Positions 11,811-22,209 of a stretch of DNA of 64,000 bases are shown piece after piece. The notes below the pieces were generated by a model, which ran no database searches, was not told the DNA's origin, and saw nothing but the letters and a program-made list of their open reading frames with translations. Position 1 is the stretch's first letter. Every line of letters begins with the position of its first letter. Both the position numbers and the translations under genes were made by a program. The stretch covers positions 4,468,578 through 4,532,577 of the forward strand of contig CP136572.1 of NCBI GenBank assembly GCA_035193785.1, in the 5' to 3' direction. The DNA comes from Planktothrix sp. GU0601_MAG3 (GTDB lineage Bacteria > Cyanobacteriota > Cyanobacteriia > Cyanobacteriales > Microcoleaceae).

Positions 11811-11841
11811 CCCCCTTTTTTAAGGGGGGTTAGGGGGGATC
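11811..11841. repeat. CCCCCTTTTTTAAGGGGGGTTAGGGGGGATC REP-like element touching the dioxygenase stop codon
   Basis: Same family as 18446-18509/19936-19963 and the degenerate copy at 57133-57163. Confidence 0.75.
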
Positions 11842-12826
11842 AGGACAGGGCAATTAAACGACTATCGAAGATAAAGCCATCGCTACCCGTCGCGGCACGC
11901 AAGGCATCCAAGGAAGTTCGAGCATAGACACGCTGTAACCAGCGATCGCTCAAAACTGCATCTCGCGCATGGAGACAACGGAGGTTATTGAACATTAACA
12001 GCGTCCCCGGTTTGATCACAACAGACTTGGCAATAGGCGGTTTCAGGAAACTGGCAAAAGTGTCTAATGCTGTTTTAGCTTCGTTATCTAACGCCTGGAT
12101 GTTCCCTAAATTTCCCGTCACTTCCTCATAACCTGAATCGTTAGTGGTAATGAACGCTTGGGGTTTCGTTAAAATGGAATTGCCGTTATAGTCAAAGGAC
12201 TGAGGGGAATTCATGCGAAACCGAGCTTGACGTAAAATACGATCGCACTCTGGAAACTTACGCTGCAATTCTTCCATAACATCCCCCACATCAGCGATCC
12301 AAGTCTTGGTTTCTCCAGGGTTGCGTAAACCCAGTAACAAAAGAAATTCTGAGCGAAACTGTCGTTGCAAATGACCGTTATCCGCGTGCCAAGCAAAGGG
12401 GACTCGTCCAGCATTGGACTGAGTGTGAGAGAAACCCCGGATCGGTGCAATTTCATGGATAATTTGGCCCTGTTTTTCCTGCTGGAAAGCCAGAGGAAGT
12501 AACCCCGCGAGGTGCAACATTGCTAACAGCGTGATCTCACTAAACCAACCTTTATCGGCAGGGTGTTTGCCATTTAAAGGGGTTGGTGGTAACTCCTGAT
12601 CAATGGGGAGATTTTCAATCACGGCATAGGGACGACCGTATTGAGTCACTTTCCGTAATTCCTTCTCCAAAGGTTTGAGATAAACTCCTAATTGTCGGGC
12701 AGTTTCCCAGAGCACCGGAAAGGCTTTATCGGGATCTGGGTTGACTGCTTTCGCAGCTTTATGAAATACGCAATTGTTAGTTTCGGGTAGCGAAACTGTC
12801 AACGGATGCTCTAAACTAATGGTCAT
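11840..12826 (-). CDS. TauD/TfdA-family Fe(II)/2-oxoglutarate dioxygenase (AsnO/clavaminate synthase-like)
   Basis: SNAG...WHADNG (HxD), LLLLGLRN, FNNLRCLHARD (distal His), DRWLQRVY (2OG-binding Arg). Confidence 0.85.
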   Translation of the reverse strand: MTISLEHPLTVSLPETNNCVFHKAAKAVNPDPDKAFPVLWETARQLGVYLKPLEKELRKVTQYGRPYAVIENLPIDQELPPTPLNGKHPADKGWFSEITLLAMLHLAGLLPLAFQQEKQGQIIHEIAPIRGFSHTQSNAGRVPFAWHADNGHLQRQFRSEFLLLLGLRNPGETKTWIADVGDVMEELQRKFPECDRILRQARFRMNSPQSFDYNGNSILTKPQAFITTNDSGYEEVTGNLGNIQALDNEAKTALDTFASFLKPPIAKSVVIKPGTLLMFNNLRCLHARDAVLSDRWLQRVYARTSLDALRAATGSDGFIFDSRLIALS

Positions 12827-13057
12827 AGTATTATTTGATGGCTATTGCTTAAGTTGTCTGAACAGATAGCTAAATCAATAGCTTTTTATCGCTTAAAAGC
12901 AACGCTGCTATGTAGTATCGAGCTTTCAAGGCATTTCCCGCAGTAGGGAAAACCATTTATCTGTCCTCATGTTTTAAATTTTTGCCTATTTTTTTGAATA
13001 GGTCACTGTCCTGAAATTAATTAAAATTTTGCAGATCCTTGACAAAATTCTGGTGCT

Positions 13058-14399
13058 ATGGTAGAGACATTGAGAATTCGTGACGATAAGTTGAATGAAA
13101 TTCAGAAGTTGATTGACAACCAGGAAGGCGGGGTTAATACGCTGCGATGGAAAGTAGCTGAATATCGGATAAAGAAGACTTTAGCTAAACGAGAACAAGA
13201 TATTAACAACGGAATCAATAAACAAGACTTAGAGTATTTAGATCAGCAAGAAATTATTCAATTTTCGTTTGTTGAAGAAATACTCGCCCATTTACCAAGA
13301 TTAGAAAATGAGCGATTGCAGTTGGATGAAATTAAAAACTATTTTTTCGAGCAGGTTATACAATCAAATGACTTTAAATTTTTTTTAGATAATTATCTGA
13401 ATGTAGAATTAAACTCTGCTCCAGTTTGGAAAAGTTTTAAAAAAGGACGTTTTATTAATAAAACCTCTTTTCAGTTATTTTGTAAAGTTTTACGTTTGAA
13501 TTGGAAAGAGGTGGGAATTTCTCATCAGGACGAGTCAAAAAGCGAGCAAGAAAAAATTAAGATTTCTTCGGAATTAGAATTGGCTCTTTCTTGTTTAAAT
13601 CATCAAAATCAACTATCTTCGTATCGCAATTTTTTAATATCTTCAGTATTAGGATTTAGAATTGTTGACATTTCACAAAAAGGGTGCATTCGTCCCTATT
13701 GGTTGCTAAAACGATTATTTCCTAAAAATGAGCAAAATTGGAAATGTGAGTTAATTAAATTTAATAGTAATTATTTGTATAATCTGGGTCATCAATTATC
13801 CCATCTTGGTTATCAATTAGAGTTACAAGCAGATATCTGTCGTCAAATTGATCACAAAGAGAAAGAACAATTATCCACACAAGATTTACAAAGTTTTTCA
13901 AAATCTTTAATAAAAAAAATAACGAGAAGTAAAGCCAATATTATCTTTGAGTTACAAACTGAACAAGGCGATCAAATTGAACAGTTAAAAGACTTTATTA
14001 ACATTATCGAACAACCAATAATCAGCGAGTTAAGACAAATTAGATCCAGCCAATTTAAACCTAAAATTGTCTTTGTGTGGTTAGATTATTCCTTATCATC
14101 TCAACCGTCTACTGTTGGAATTTTTAATAATGAACTCCCTATTGTGTCGCATTTTTCAAGAAACTGAGTTAATCACTTGGATTAATGAACAACAAATAAT
14201 CACCAAACTTTCTCAGTGGAAATCGGGCTTAAAGTTCCCGGAAAATCCAGAACAGTTTTTAGAAGAAATTTGGCGTAATTATCCTGATCTGGTTTTTGAT
14301 AACTCTGATATGATAGAACCGGAGATAGTTTTAGAAGGGTTTTATAAATTTATATTAAATAACTGGGAGAACTACAAACCATTATGGCAGAAACTTTAG
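13058..14399 (+). CDS. N-terminal HTH-like domain + inactive STAND (iSTAND) protein (frameshift at 14160-14164)
   Basis: WKSFKKG...SFQLFCKVLRLNWKEV resembles the HTH of cyanobacterial NTPases; L..LN...Q, WLLKRL, IVFVWLD and LP....F...EL..WI fit iSTAND; no Walker A; lies directly before moxR. Confidence 0.65.
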
Positions 14400-15415
14400 A
14401 CCCAATCAATCCTGATTTTACCGGGGAAAGAGAATTTCAACCCGAATCCGAAGAAAGAGATCCTGAGACTCAGGAATATCTTTATCCCTATTTAGCGAAG
14501 ATTAGTCCCGGGTTAATTGATGCGGTGAATTTAGCGATTAAACTCAAACGTCCGTTATTATTGGAAGGGGAACCCGGATGTGGTAAAACTAAATTAGCTA
14601 AAGCGATCGCCTATGAATTTAGCAAGCGATCGCAAACAAAATGGCCCTATACAGATTGGTATATCAAATCAACGGATCAAGCTAGGGATGGTTTATATTA
14701 TTATGATGCGGTTAGACGACTTTATGATGCTCAACTAGCAGCTATAGACGCCGAAGAAAAAGATAAAATTAAAGCCAGATTAAACGATCGGTATCATACA
14801 GAATATATCACATGGAAGGCTATTGGTGAAGCCTTTAAAGCCTCTCAAAATAATCAACGGATGATTGTTTTAATTGATGAAATTGATAAGGCGGATACGG
14901 ATTTTCCGAATGATTTATTATTAGAATTAGAAGAAAAACGGTTAGTTGTTCGAGAAACTGGGGAAGAAATTCGCGCCAAGGATGACTATGCACCGATTAT
15001 TTTAATTACCAGTAATGCTCAGAAAAAGTTATCCGATGCTTTTTTGCGTCGATGTTTGTATCATTATATTGAATTTCCTAAACGTTCAGAATTAGAACAA
15101 ATTGTTATAGCCAGATTTGGTAAAGATTGGTCAGATTCCCTGCTGAATTTGGCATTAAATCGGTTTTTAGCCATTAGAAAACAGATGACAGAGGATAAAG
15201 GAGATTTTGGTAAAAAGATTAGTATTAGTGAACTTATAGACTGGATAGGGGCGTTACGTTTTAAGTCAACAGAAGCCAAAATTGAAGAACTTTTGAATCA
15301 AACGAAAATTTCTGATGTCAGTTGTTTGTTAAAATCGAAAGAAGATGTTCAAAAATATAGCGAAATTGTTCCAGATGATGATCAGGTTGATGAGGATGAC
15401 GATGATGATTTTTAA
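14384..15415 (+). CDS. MoxR-family AAA+ ATPase
   Basis: RPLLLEGEPGCGKT, YDAVRRLYDAQ, VLIDEIDKAD.DFPNDLL.EL, ITSN...LSDAFLRRC. Confidence 0.92.
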   Translation: MAETLDPINPDFTGEREFQPESEERDPETQEYLYPYLAKISPGLIDAVNLAIKLKRPLLLEGEPGCGKTKLAKAIAYEFSKRSQTKWPYTDWYIKSTDQARDGLYYYDAVRRLYDAQLAAIDAEEKDKIKARLNDRYHTEYITWKAIGEAFKASQNNQRMIVLIDEIDKADTDFPNDLLLELEEKRLVVRETGEEIRAKDDYAPIILITSNAQKKLSDAFLRRCLYHYIEFPKRSELEQIVIARFGKDWSDSLLNLALNRFLAIRKQMTEDKGDFGKKISISELIDWIGALRFKSTEAKIEELLNQTKISDVSCLLKSKEDVQKYSEIVPDDDQVDEDDDDDF

Positions 15416-15433
15416 TTCTATCTATAAGGAAAT

Positions 15434-16568
15434 ATGAATACTATCCTTGATTCTTATTATAAATATTATAAATTATTTACCGAACTCAGATATGCTGGGT
15501 TTGCTTTGGGAACACAGGATTATTTATTATTTATTGAAGCAATTAAAACCGAAATTTATCCGTTAGAAACCCAATAAACTAAAACAAATCTGTAGAACCC
15601 TTTGGGTAAAATCTCGCAGTCAATATCAACAATTTGAGGCAATTTTTAATCATATAATCCTTCCCCCTATTCCTGAAGAAACAGGTTCAGATCAACCTAT
15701 ACTGATTAAAAAAAATACTCCTAAATCTACCTCAAATCAAACTACAACCCCAAAAAAAGATATTGAAAAACCCCCTAATTTACCCGTAAAACCAGAAGAC
15801 AATAACGAATATTTTTTATTTCCCGCTTCCCCCCTAACCGACTTAACTTCCCTGGCGGAAGATAGCGAAGTTGTTAAAGCAATGAAAGTCTCTCCTCAAC
15901 ACAATTGGATGAATTTTAAGCTACCCCAAAACCCCAAGGAATATTTCCCCATTACCCCCGAACAAATGACCCAAGGATGGTATCAATTAAAATCTGTTTT
16001 GCAAACTGGAACTCGCTTAGAATTTAATATCCAAGCCACAATAGAACAAATCCAACGCCAAGGAAAACCGATCATACCCGTTTTTAAACCCTGTCGTCAA
16101 AAAACCAGTAATTTAATGTTATTTATCGCCCAACGGGGGTCAATGCAACCCTTTCAAATATTATCACGACAATTGGTAGAAACTGCTCAACAAACAGGCT
16201 GTTTAGACCCCAACCGATGTTATTATTTCCATCAACATCTCAGTGATAATTTTTTTAGAGATTCTGACTTTGAGGAAGACATTCCCCTAGATGCTATCCT
16301 AGAATTAACCCATCCTCAAAAAACCGTGATCTTAATTTTCAGTAATGGAGATGCGGGGGAAAAACGTTATTCTTCCTACCATTTTAACGCGACTCAAAAG
16401 GTATTAAATCGACTACAATCTTCTGTAAAAGCGATCGCTTGGTTAAACCCCTTTCCTCAACCCGATTGGCGCTATACAACGGCCGATCATATTGCTATAC
16501 TGAAAACAGTTAAAATGTTTCCGATTGATCGTCAGGGATTCTATAATGCCCTGCAAATATTGCAATGA
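15434..16568 (+). CDS. vWA-domain protein of the MoxR ternary system (frameshift at 15566-15570; the ORF track shows only the 3' part)
   Basis: LFTELRYAGFALG..DY, LKQICRTLWVKS, Pro-rich linker, GSMQPF, YYFH, IAWLNPFP. Confidence 0.8.
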
Positions 16569-18188
16569 CGAACCCTTCTCTCCTCAATTCTAACCCCCAA
16601 ACCCAAGCGGCAAGAGAAACCATTGACCGCTTTTGTCAGCAATATGAGCAATATGGAAAAATTTATTATCAATTTGCCTGTTATGCCGCCTTTCCCTTAG
16701 CATTAACTCCCGATTTTCTCTATCGTTTACGCGATGAATTGTATTCAAAATTACCCGTTCCTTGGCTGGCTATTCCCCATTTATTGTTATCGGATTTATG
16801 TCAAAATATAGGGGCAGAACTCTATGAAATGGATCGAACTATTCGCGGTTTATTACTCCAGGAATTAACCACTGGTGAATTATCCCACCTTTCCCAATTT
16901 TCTCTCCGCTATATCAAACATCATTTTCAAACCGATATTCAGGGACTTGAGAAAGCGCAATATTGGACAGCTTTAGCCTATGTTAACCCCGAACCTGCGG
17001 CTCAAAAAATTGCCGAAGAACTGCGTAAATTATTGCAAAAACCCATTTCTAGGGACTGGTTGAGAATATCTTCTCTGGTGGAAACCCTAGCCGAACCCCT
17101 ACAAAAAGCTAATTTTCAACCCCTATTAACCTTAGCTGAAGCGATGGGAAAAGCCGCCAGGGGAAACTATACCGAAGCCGAACAACTATTTGCTCAACTT
17201 CGACAAAATAATAGTGTTAATATTGCGGGGGTTTCTGTTCCTTTACCTCCCTCTCCTATTCCAGCAAAAACCTTTAGTTTTGAAACCGTTACTGTTAACA
17301 ACCAAGGGGAAATTATCAAACGGGAAACCCAACAAGCCCAATACTTCACCGAAGACCTGGGGGATGGAGTCACGTTAGACATGGTTTATATTCCTGGGGG
17401 GACATTCCTCATGGGTTCACCGGAAATGGAAAATGGCAGCAGAGAGGATGAACGCCCCCAACATCAAGTTACAGTTCCGCCCTTCTTCATGGCCAAATAT
17501 CCCATCACCCAAGCCCAATGGCAAGCTGTTGCTAACTGGCCTAAAATTCAACGGGATCTTAAACCTGACCCTTCTCGCTTCAAGGGGAATAACCAACCCG
17601 TAGAAAACGTTACCTGGTACGATGCAGTCGAATTCTGCGCCCGACTCCTACAACGCACCGGACGCCCCTATCGTTTACCCTCAGAAGCACAATGGGAATA
17701 TGCTTGTCGCGCTGGAAACCACAACCCCGTTTTACTTTGGGGAAACCATTACCAGTGATTTAGCAAACTATGGTGGCAACTCCACTTATGCAGAGGAACC
17801 CAAGGGGAAATATCGACAAAAAACTACCCCGGTCGGTGAATTTTCCCCTAATGCCTTCGGACTGTATGATTTACATGGTAATGTCTGGGAATGGTGCGCC
17901 GATCCTTGGCATAACGACTATGAAGGAGCTCTAACAGGAGAAGAAGTTTGGGATGAAGAAAATAATAATGATAATCTTTATCAAATTTATAATATTGAAA
18001 ATTTAGTCAATTTATTAAGCAATGAAAGAGATCGATGTCTGCGGGGCGGTTCGTGGTTCTATGATCCTCCGAACTGCCGTTCTGCCGTTCGTAACAGGTA
18101 CTCTCCCGACGGCCTCGTCAACGGCTACTTCGGGTTTCGGGTTTGTTGGGTTGTAGGTGCGTCGTTGGTTGGTGTGCAGGCTTCTTAG
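16565..18188 (+). CDS. Ternary-system partner domain fused to an FGE-sulfatase (SUMF1) domain (frameshift at 17715-17719)
   Basis: N-terminal ACYAAFPLALTPDFLY...LLLSDLC...LYEM; C-terminal IPGGTFLMGS, YRLPSEAQWEYACRAG, NAFGLYDLHGNVWEWC, RGGSW, GFRV; ATGA overlap. Confidence 0.88.
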
Positions 18189-18224
18189 CCCTGTTTTTTT
18201 TCGCTATTAATTTTGATTAAACCC

Positions 18225-18389
18225 CGTAGGGGCGGGTTCGCGTCAACCTAAAATTCCCACCCCAAAACGTCCTAAACCCGCCCCGACCCCCGCAATAATT
18301 AACAAATAATCGGATATTCTGGTGGGGTTTGGGTGGGTTTATTCAGGTTATTTGTTATTATCAAATATTGTGACGGAACCCGCCCCTAC
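18225..18389. repeat. Cluster of GTAGGGGCGGGTT...AACCCGCCCCTAC REP-like elements
   Basis: Inverted arms visible; the 44-bp segment 18346-18389 recurs at 19989-20032; relatives near 24633-24698 and 55645-55707. Confidence 0.75.
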
Positions 18390-18509
18390 GGATTAATGTT
18401 AATAAAAATTACCATTAATTTTGATTAACCCCCGACCCCATGGAAGATCCCCCTAAATCCCCCTTAAAAAGGGGGACTTTAAGAACATCTTATCCCCCCC
18501 TTTATTAAG

Positions 18510-19935
18510 CAGGGGGTTTTCATTTTCAAAAATGCGATCGCTATATTCAAAAAAAATCATCAAATTTTCCGGCAAAATTCTCTCTAATTTTTATTAGATA
18601 ATTTGGAAATATTAAAAATAAACGATTTTAATATTTGTTAACAGCAAAAGATAGCCATTGTCTTGATTAATAAGACTTTATGGCTATTTATTATTAAATA
18701 TTTTTAATGTTTTTTGTGAAGAATAGTTTTAAAAACTTAATTAATTCAGGCGATCGCTAAAATTTTCTCCCAATTATTTCCTAACCATGACTGTCCCTCT
18801 TTTATTGAGACAAATCCCAAACTTCTGTATATATTCAAAATTAATGTTACTAATAACGAGAATTTCCCCGCTACGTCTATCCCTTTTATTCTTGATTTAT
18901 CTTCATTAAAATTTACATCTTTGACCCAATGTACTTGATTTTCAATTAACCAATGTGCTTTAATTTTTTCTGCAAATGTTTTCGCACTTAATTTCTGACT
19001 ACTAATATAATATAAAGTCTCATTATATTCTTGATCACCCCGAAAACCTGTTCTTTCTACCTGAATAAAACTTTGAAGATGAGGATAATTTTTATGGTTC
19101 ACATTTTGGCTATCAAATACTGATACTTTTCTGCTAATATTTCGTACATGACTGAAATCTTTTTCTTCATATACTGTTAAAGGTTTCTCGACTTTTACTA
19201 ATTTTTTGATCTGCTTGTGCAATTTCATTTGATTGCCTTTCACCGTAATTAAATAATCATTTTTGCTTTCAATTATTGCCTGAGTTGTTTCCTTACTACA
19301 ATGGAGAGCATCGAGAGTAAATACTTTATTTAATAACCCACATTCCTCTATCATAGAGAGAACTTTGGCGTTTTCAGAACTCTGTTTACTTTCAAAACTT
19401 TCCGATTTAATTACCAACTTTGTTTCTTGACTAAACCAAGATACCATTATTAACATATTTTGTTTTTGATTTTCATAGTTAGTCAGGGTATTTTTTAAAG
19501 ATTTTCCATCGATCGCAATCCAATCAACGCCTTCTTTTTGCCAGTAATATTTCTGGACTGTTGACTGAAACATTAACTGAATTTCTATTAGATTTATCCC
19601 AATCATTACTCGTCTAATTGTACTATAAGATGGCAATTTTTTAGCCTTAATTTCTAATAATTTAATTAGCTTATCTTCTTCATTTTTTCTAAAATTATCT
19701 ATTTGCTTATAAGTAACATTGCCAGTTAGCAGTGCCAAAATAATAATAGTCAACACCACCCATAATTCATGTCTTTTGCCACGATTTTTCCGAAAATCCT
19801 TGACTAACTTCAGTTGTTCAATTATACTGTTTAACATGACTTTTTTAAAACCAAATAAAAGTGATCTCTTTTTAATTTTACTGAAAAAAGATCACTTTTA
19901 TTTTCTTTTTTACCCCCGACTTTGAAAACACCCTG
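18510..19935 (-). mobile_element. ISAs1-family insertion sequence with 13-bp TIRs and a 10-bp TSD
   Basis: Ends CAGGGGGTTTTCA / TGAAAACACCCTG; CTTTATTAAG duplicated at 18500-18509 and 19936-19945. Confidence 0.92.
18746..19837 (-). CDS. ISAs1-family DDE transposase, intact
   Basis: DFR..RGKRH, PSYSTIRRV, IAIDGK, TLDALHC, VKGNQ, HWLIENQVHWVKDV.F.ED. Confidence 0.93.
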   Translation of the reverse strand: MLNSIIEQLKLVKDFRKNRGKRHELWVVLTIIILALLTGNVTYKQIDNFRKNEEDKLIKLLEIKAKKLPSYSTIRRVMIGINLIEIQLMFQSTVQKYYWQKEGVDWIAIDGKSLKNTLTNYENQKQNMLIMVSWFSQETKLVIKSESFESKQSSENAKVLSMIEECGLLNKVFTLDALHCSKETTQAIIESKNDYLITVKGNQMKLHKQIKKLVKVEKPLTVYEEKDFSHVRNISRKVSVFDSQNVNHKNYPHLQSFIQVERTGFRGDQEYNETLYYISSQKLSAKTFAEKIKAHWLIENQVHWVKDVNFNEDKSRIKGIDVAGKFSLLVTLILNIYRSLGFVSIKEGQSWLGNNWEKILAIA

Positions 19936-19990
19936 CTTTATTAAGGGGGGCTAGGGGGGATCTTCAGGGGTTTGGGCGAGTTGATTGAGG

Positions 19991-20900
19991 TTATTTGTTA
20001 TTATCAAATATTGTGGCAGAATCCGCCCCTACAATCCAATCTAATAAAATAGGATTAACTAATTCTGGGGCTTCATCTTGGGGACAATGACCCACACCTT
20101 CTAATCTAATAAACTGTTTAACCGTTGGATATTGTTTAAATTGTTCACCGAGTTTCTATCGGTTCCCAAGGGTCATCGGTTCCCCATAATATTGTTGCCG
20201 AACAGGGTAATTTAGGCAATAAATCCTCTGGTAACGGCCCCTGAGAATAGCGAGTAAAGGCGGCAAAAACCTCCACTGCTCCTTGATCTTGGGCGGGTTT
20301 TAATAACATTTCTACCAATTCATCCGTAACGGCTTCATCCCGTTTATAGGCTTGTAATAATACGTTTTTAACGGTTTTTGGGGTTGCTAAAAGGTTAAAA
20401 AATAATTGATTAAACCAGGAATATTTTAATAACTCTTGAACAAAACTGGCGCCATAATTTCGATACCAAGGCATTTCCGATCGTTTGCGATCGTGTAATA
20501 ATCTTAAAGAACAGTTTAATAAAGCAACTTCTCGAACAATATCAGGATAATCAACAGCCGCCTGCATCGCCGCAATACAACCAATGGAATTTCCCACTAA
20601 AAACGCTTTATCCTGAACAATTTCTCGACAAAAATCAGCGATTTGTTCTCCCCAAGTTTCAAAAGTATAACCTATTTCTGGACTCGGTTTCGGTTTCGCT
20701 GACCCCCCAAACCCAATTAAATCTAAGGCAAAGACTCGACAATGTTTGGCTAATTCGGGGATATTATGACGCCAATGACCCCAAGATGCCCCAAAACCAT
20801 GAATTAAAACCACCGCCGGGCCATTATTGCCTTCGCTGACATAACAAATCGGGTATCCTTTCCAAATCCAAGTTTGCGGTACAGATGAAGTAGTTAACAT
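19991..20900 (-). CDS. Alpha/beta hydrolase (frameshift at 20152-20156)
   Basis: LIHGFGAS..HWR, DLIGFG.S.KP, GNSIG, repaired GVGHCPQDEAPE. Confidence 0.88.
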
Positions 20901-20918
20901 GAGTTTAAGGGAATAGGG

Positions 20919-20997
20919 ATCACGGATTTAAGAGGATTTCACGGATTTCACGGATTTTTATTTGTGTTAATCTGCGTTATCTTCTTAAATGCGTGAT
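20919..20997. repeat. ATCACGGATT...AATCCGTGAT palindromic element built from 9-10-bp subrepeats
   Basis: Near-identical to 35568-35646; related to 44297-44375, 44565-44643 and the core of each unit in 1-1162. Confidence 0.85.
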
Positions 20998-21107
20998 TGG
21001 TAATGGGTAAGGGAATTTATTTTTTAACTGTTATAATAATAGCAATAAATCATTCTATTTTCTAATTGTATGTCAAAATTAAAGGGTGTTAATTCCCCTA
21101 GATTGAA

Positions 21108-22029
21108 ATGACATCCACTCTCTCGACTACTACGACAATAGACTTTCTGGGTTTCTGAAATTGTCCCGGAATATGAAACCGCTAAGGTTGTGATTTTACC
21201 GATTCCCTATGAAGCTACAACTAGCTATAGAAAAGGCTGCGAGAACGGCCCTGATGCAATGCTGGAGGCTTCCCATCAGTTAGAATGTTATGATGAAGAA
21301 CTAGATCGGGAAGTCTGTTTTGATGCGGGGATTTTTACCCATGCTCCGATTGCAGATACTCGCCATGGAAATACCGTTTCAGATGCCGAAATGTTGCGGG
21401 TGACCCAAGAAACCCTCCAGTCTTTAATTGAACAGAAAAAGTTTGTGATTTCCATTGGGGGAGAACACAGTATTACCGAAGGAGTTGTACAGGGATATCG
21501 TCAAGTATATCAAGAATCCTTTACGGTGGTTCAAATTGATGCCCATGGGGATTTAAGACATGAATATCAGGATACTATTCATAGTCACGCCTGTGTTATG
21601 CGTCGAATTGTCAATATGGGATTACCGACGGTGCAGGTGGGAATTAGAGCCATTTGTCAGGAGGAAGCTGACTTAATTAAGGAGAAAAATTTAACGGTTT
21701 TTCGAGCAAGAGAAATGGCTTTTAATCTGGATTGGATTGAACAAGCGATCGCCAGTATTCCCACAGAAAAAGTCTTTTTAACTATTGATGTTGATGGTAT
21801 TGATCCGAGTTTAATTCCCGGGGTAGGAACTCCCGAACCGGGGGGATTAAATTGGTATTCTACCCTAACATTTTTACGTCGTTTATTTGAGTCTAAAGAT
21901 GTAATTGGGTGTGATGTGATGGAATTAGCACCAGTAGTTGATTCAGTGGTTTCTGAATTTACCGTTGCTAAATTAACCTATAAATTAATTGGCTATCAAA
22001 CCTTAGCCAAAGGATGGATTAAGGATTAA
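21108..22029 (+). CDS. speB: Agmatinase (frameshift at 21151-21155)
   Basis: GGEHSIT, DAHGDLR, SHAC, TIDVDGIDP, GTPEPGG. Confidence 0.88.
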
Positions 22030-22209
22030 ACATTAAGGCTTAATTTTGTTGAGGGTTGAGGGGAGCCGCATCGGGTGAGCTTCAGCCCAAAATCCCTAAT
22101 AATAGCAGTCGCGGGCATCACGCTTAGAACAAATACTGAGCCAGCAAACCTTATGGTAAGGTCTTTCCCCCTGTTCCGGTGTTCCCTCTTCCCTCTTCCC
22201 TACCATACC

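Noticed and set aside
16565..18188. FGE-sulfatase gene as a diversity-generating retroelement target
   Set aside because: The fold is a known DGR target type, but no template repeat or reverse transcriptase is present in this window; a remote DGR cannot be excluded.
22040..22200. Possible ncRNA between speB and the oxidoreductase
   Set aside because: Somewhat GC-rich, but I recognise no family motif or convincing structure.
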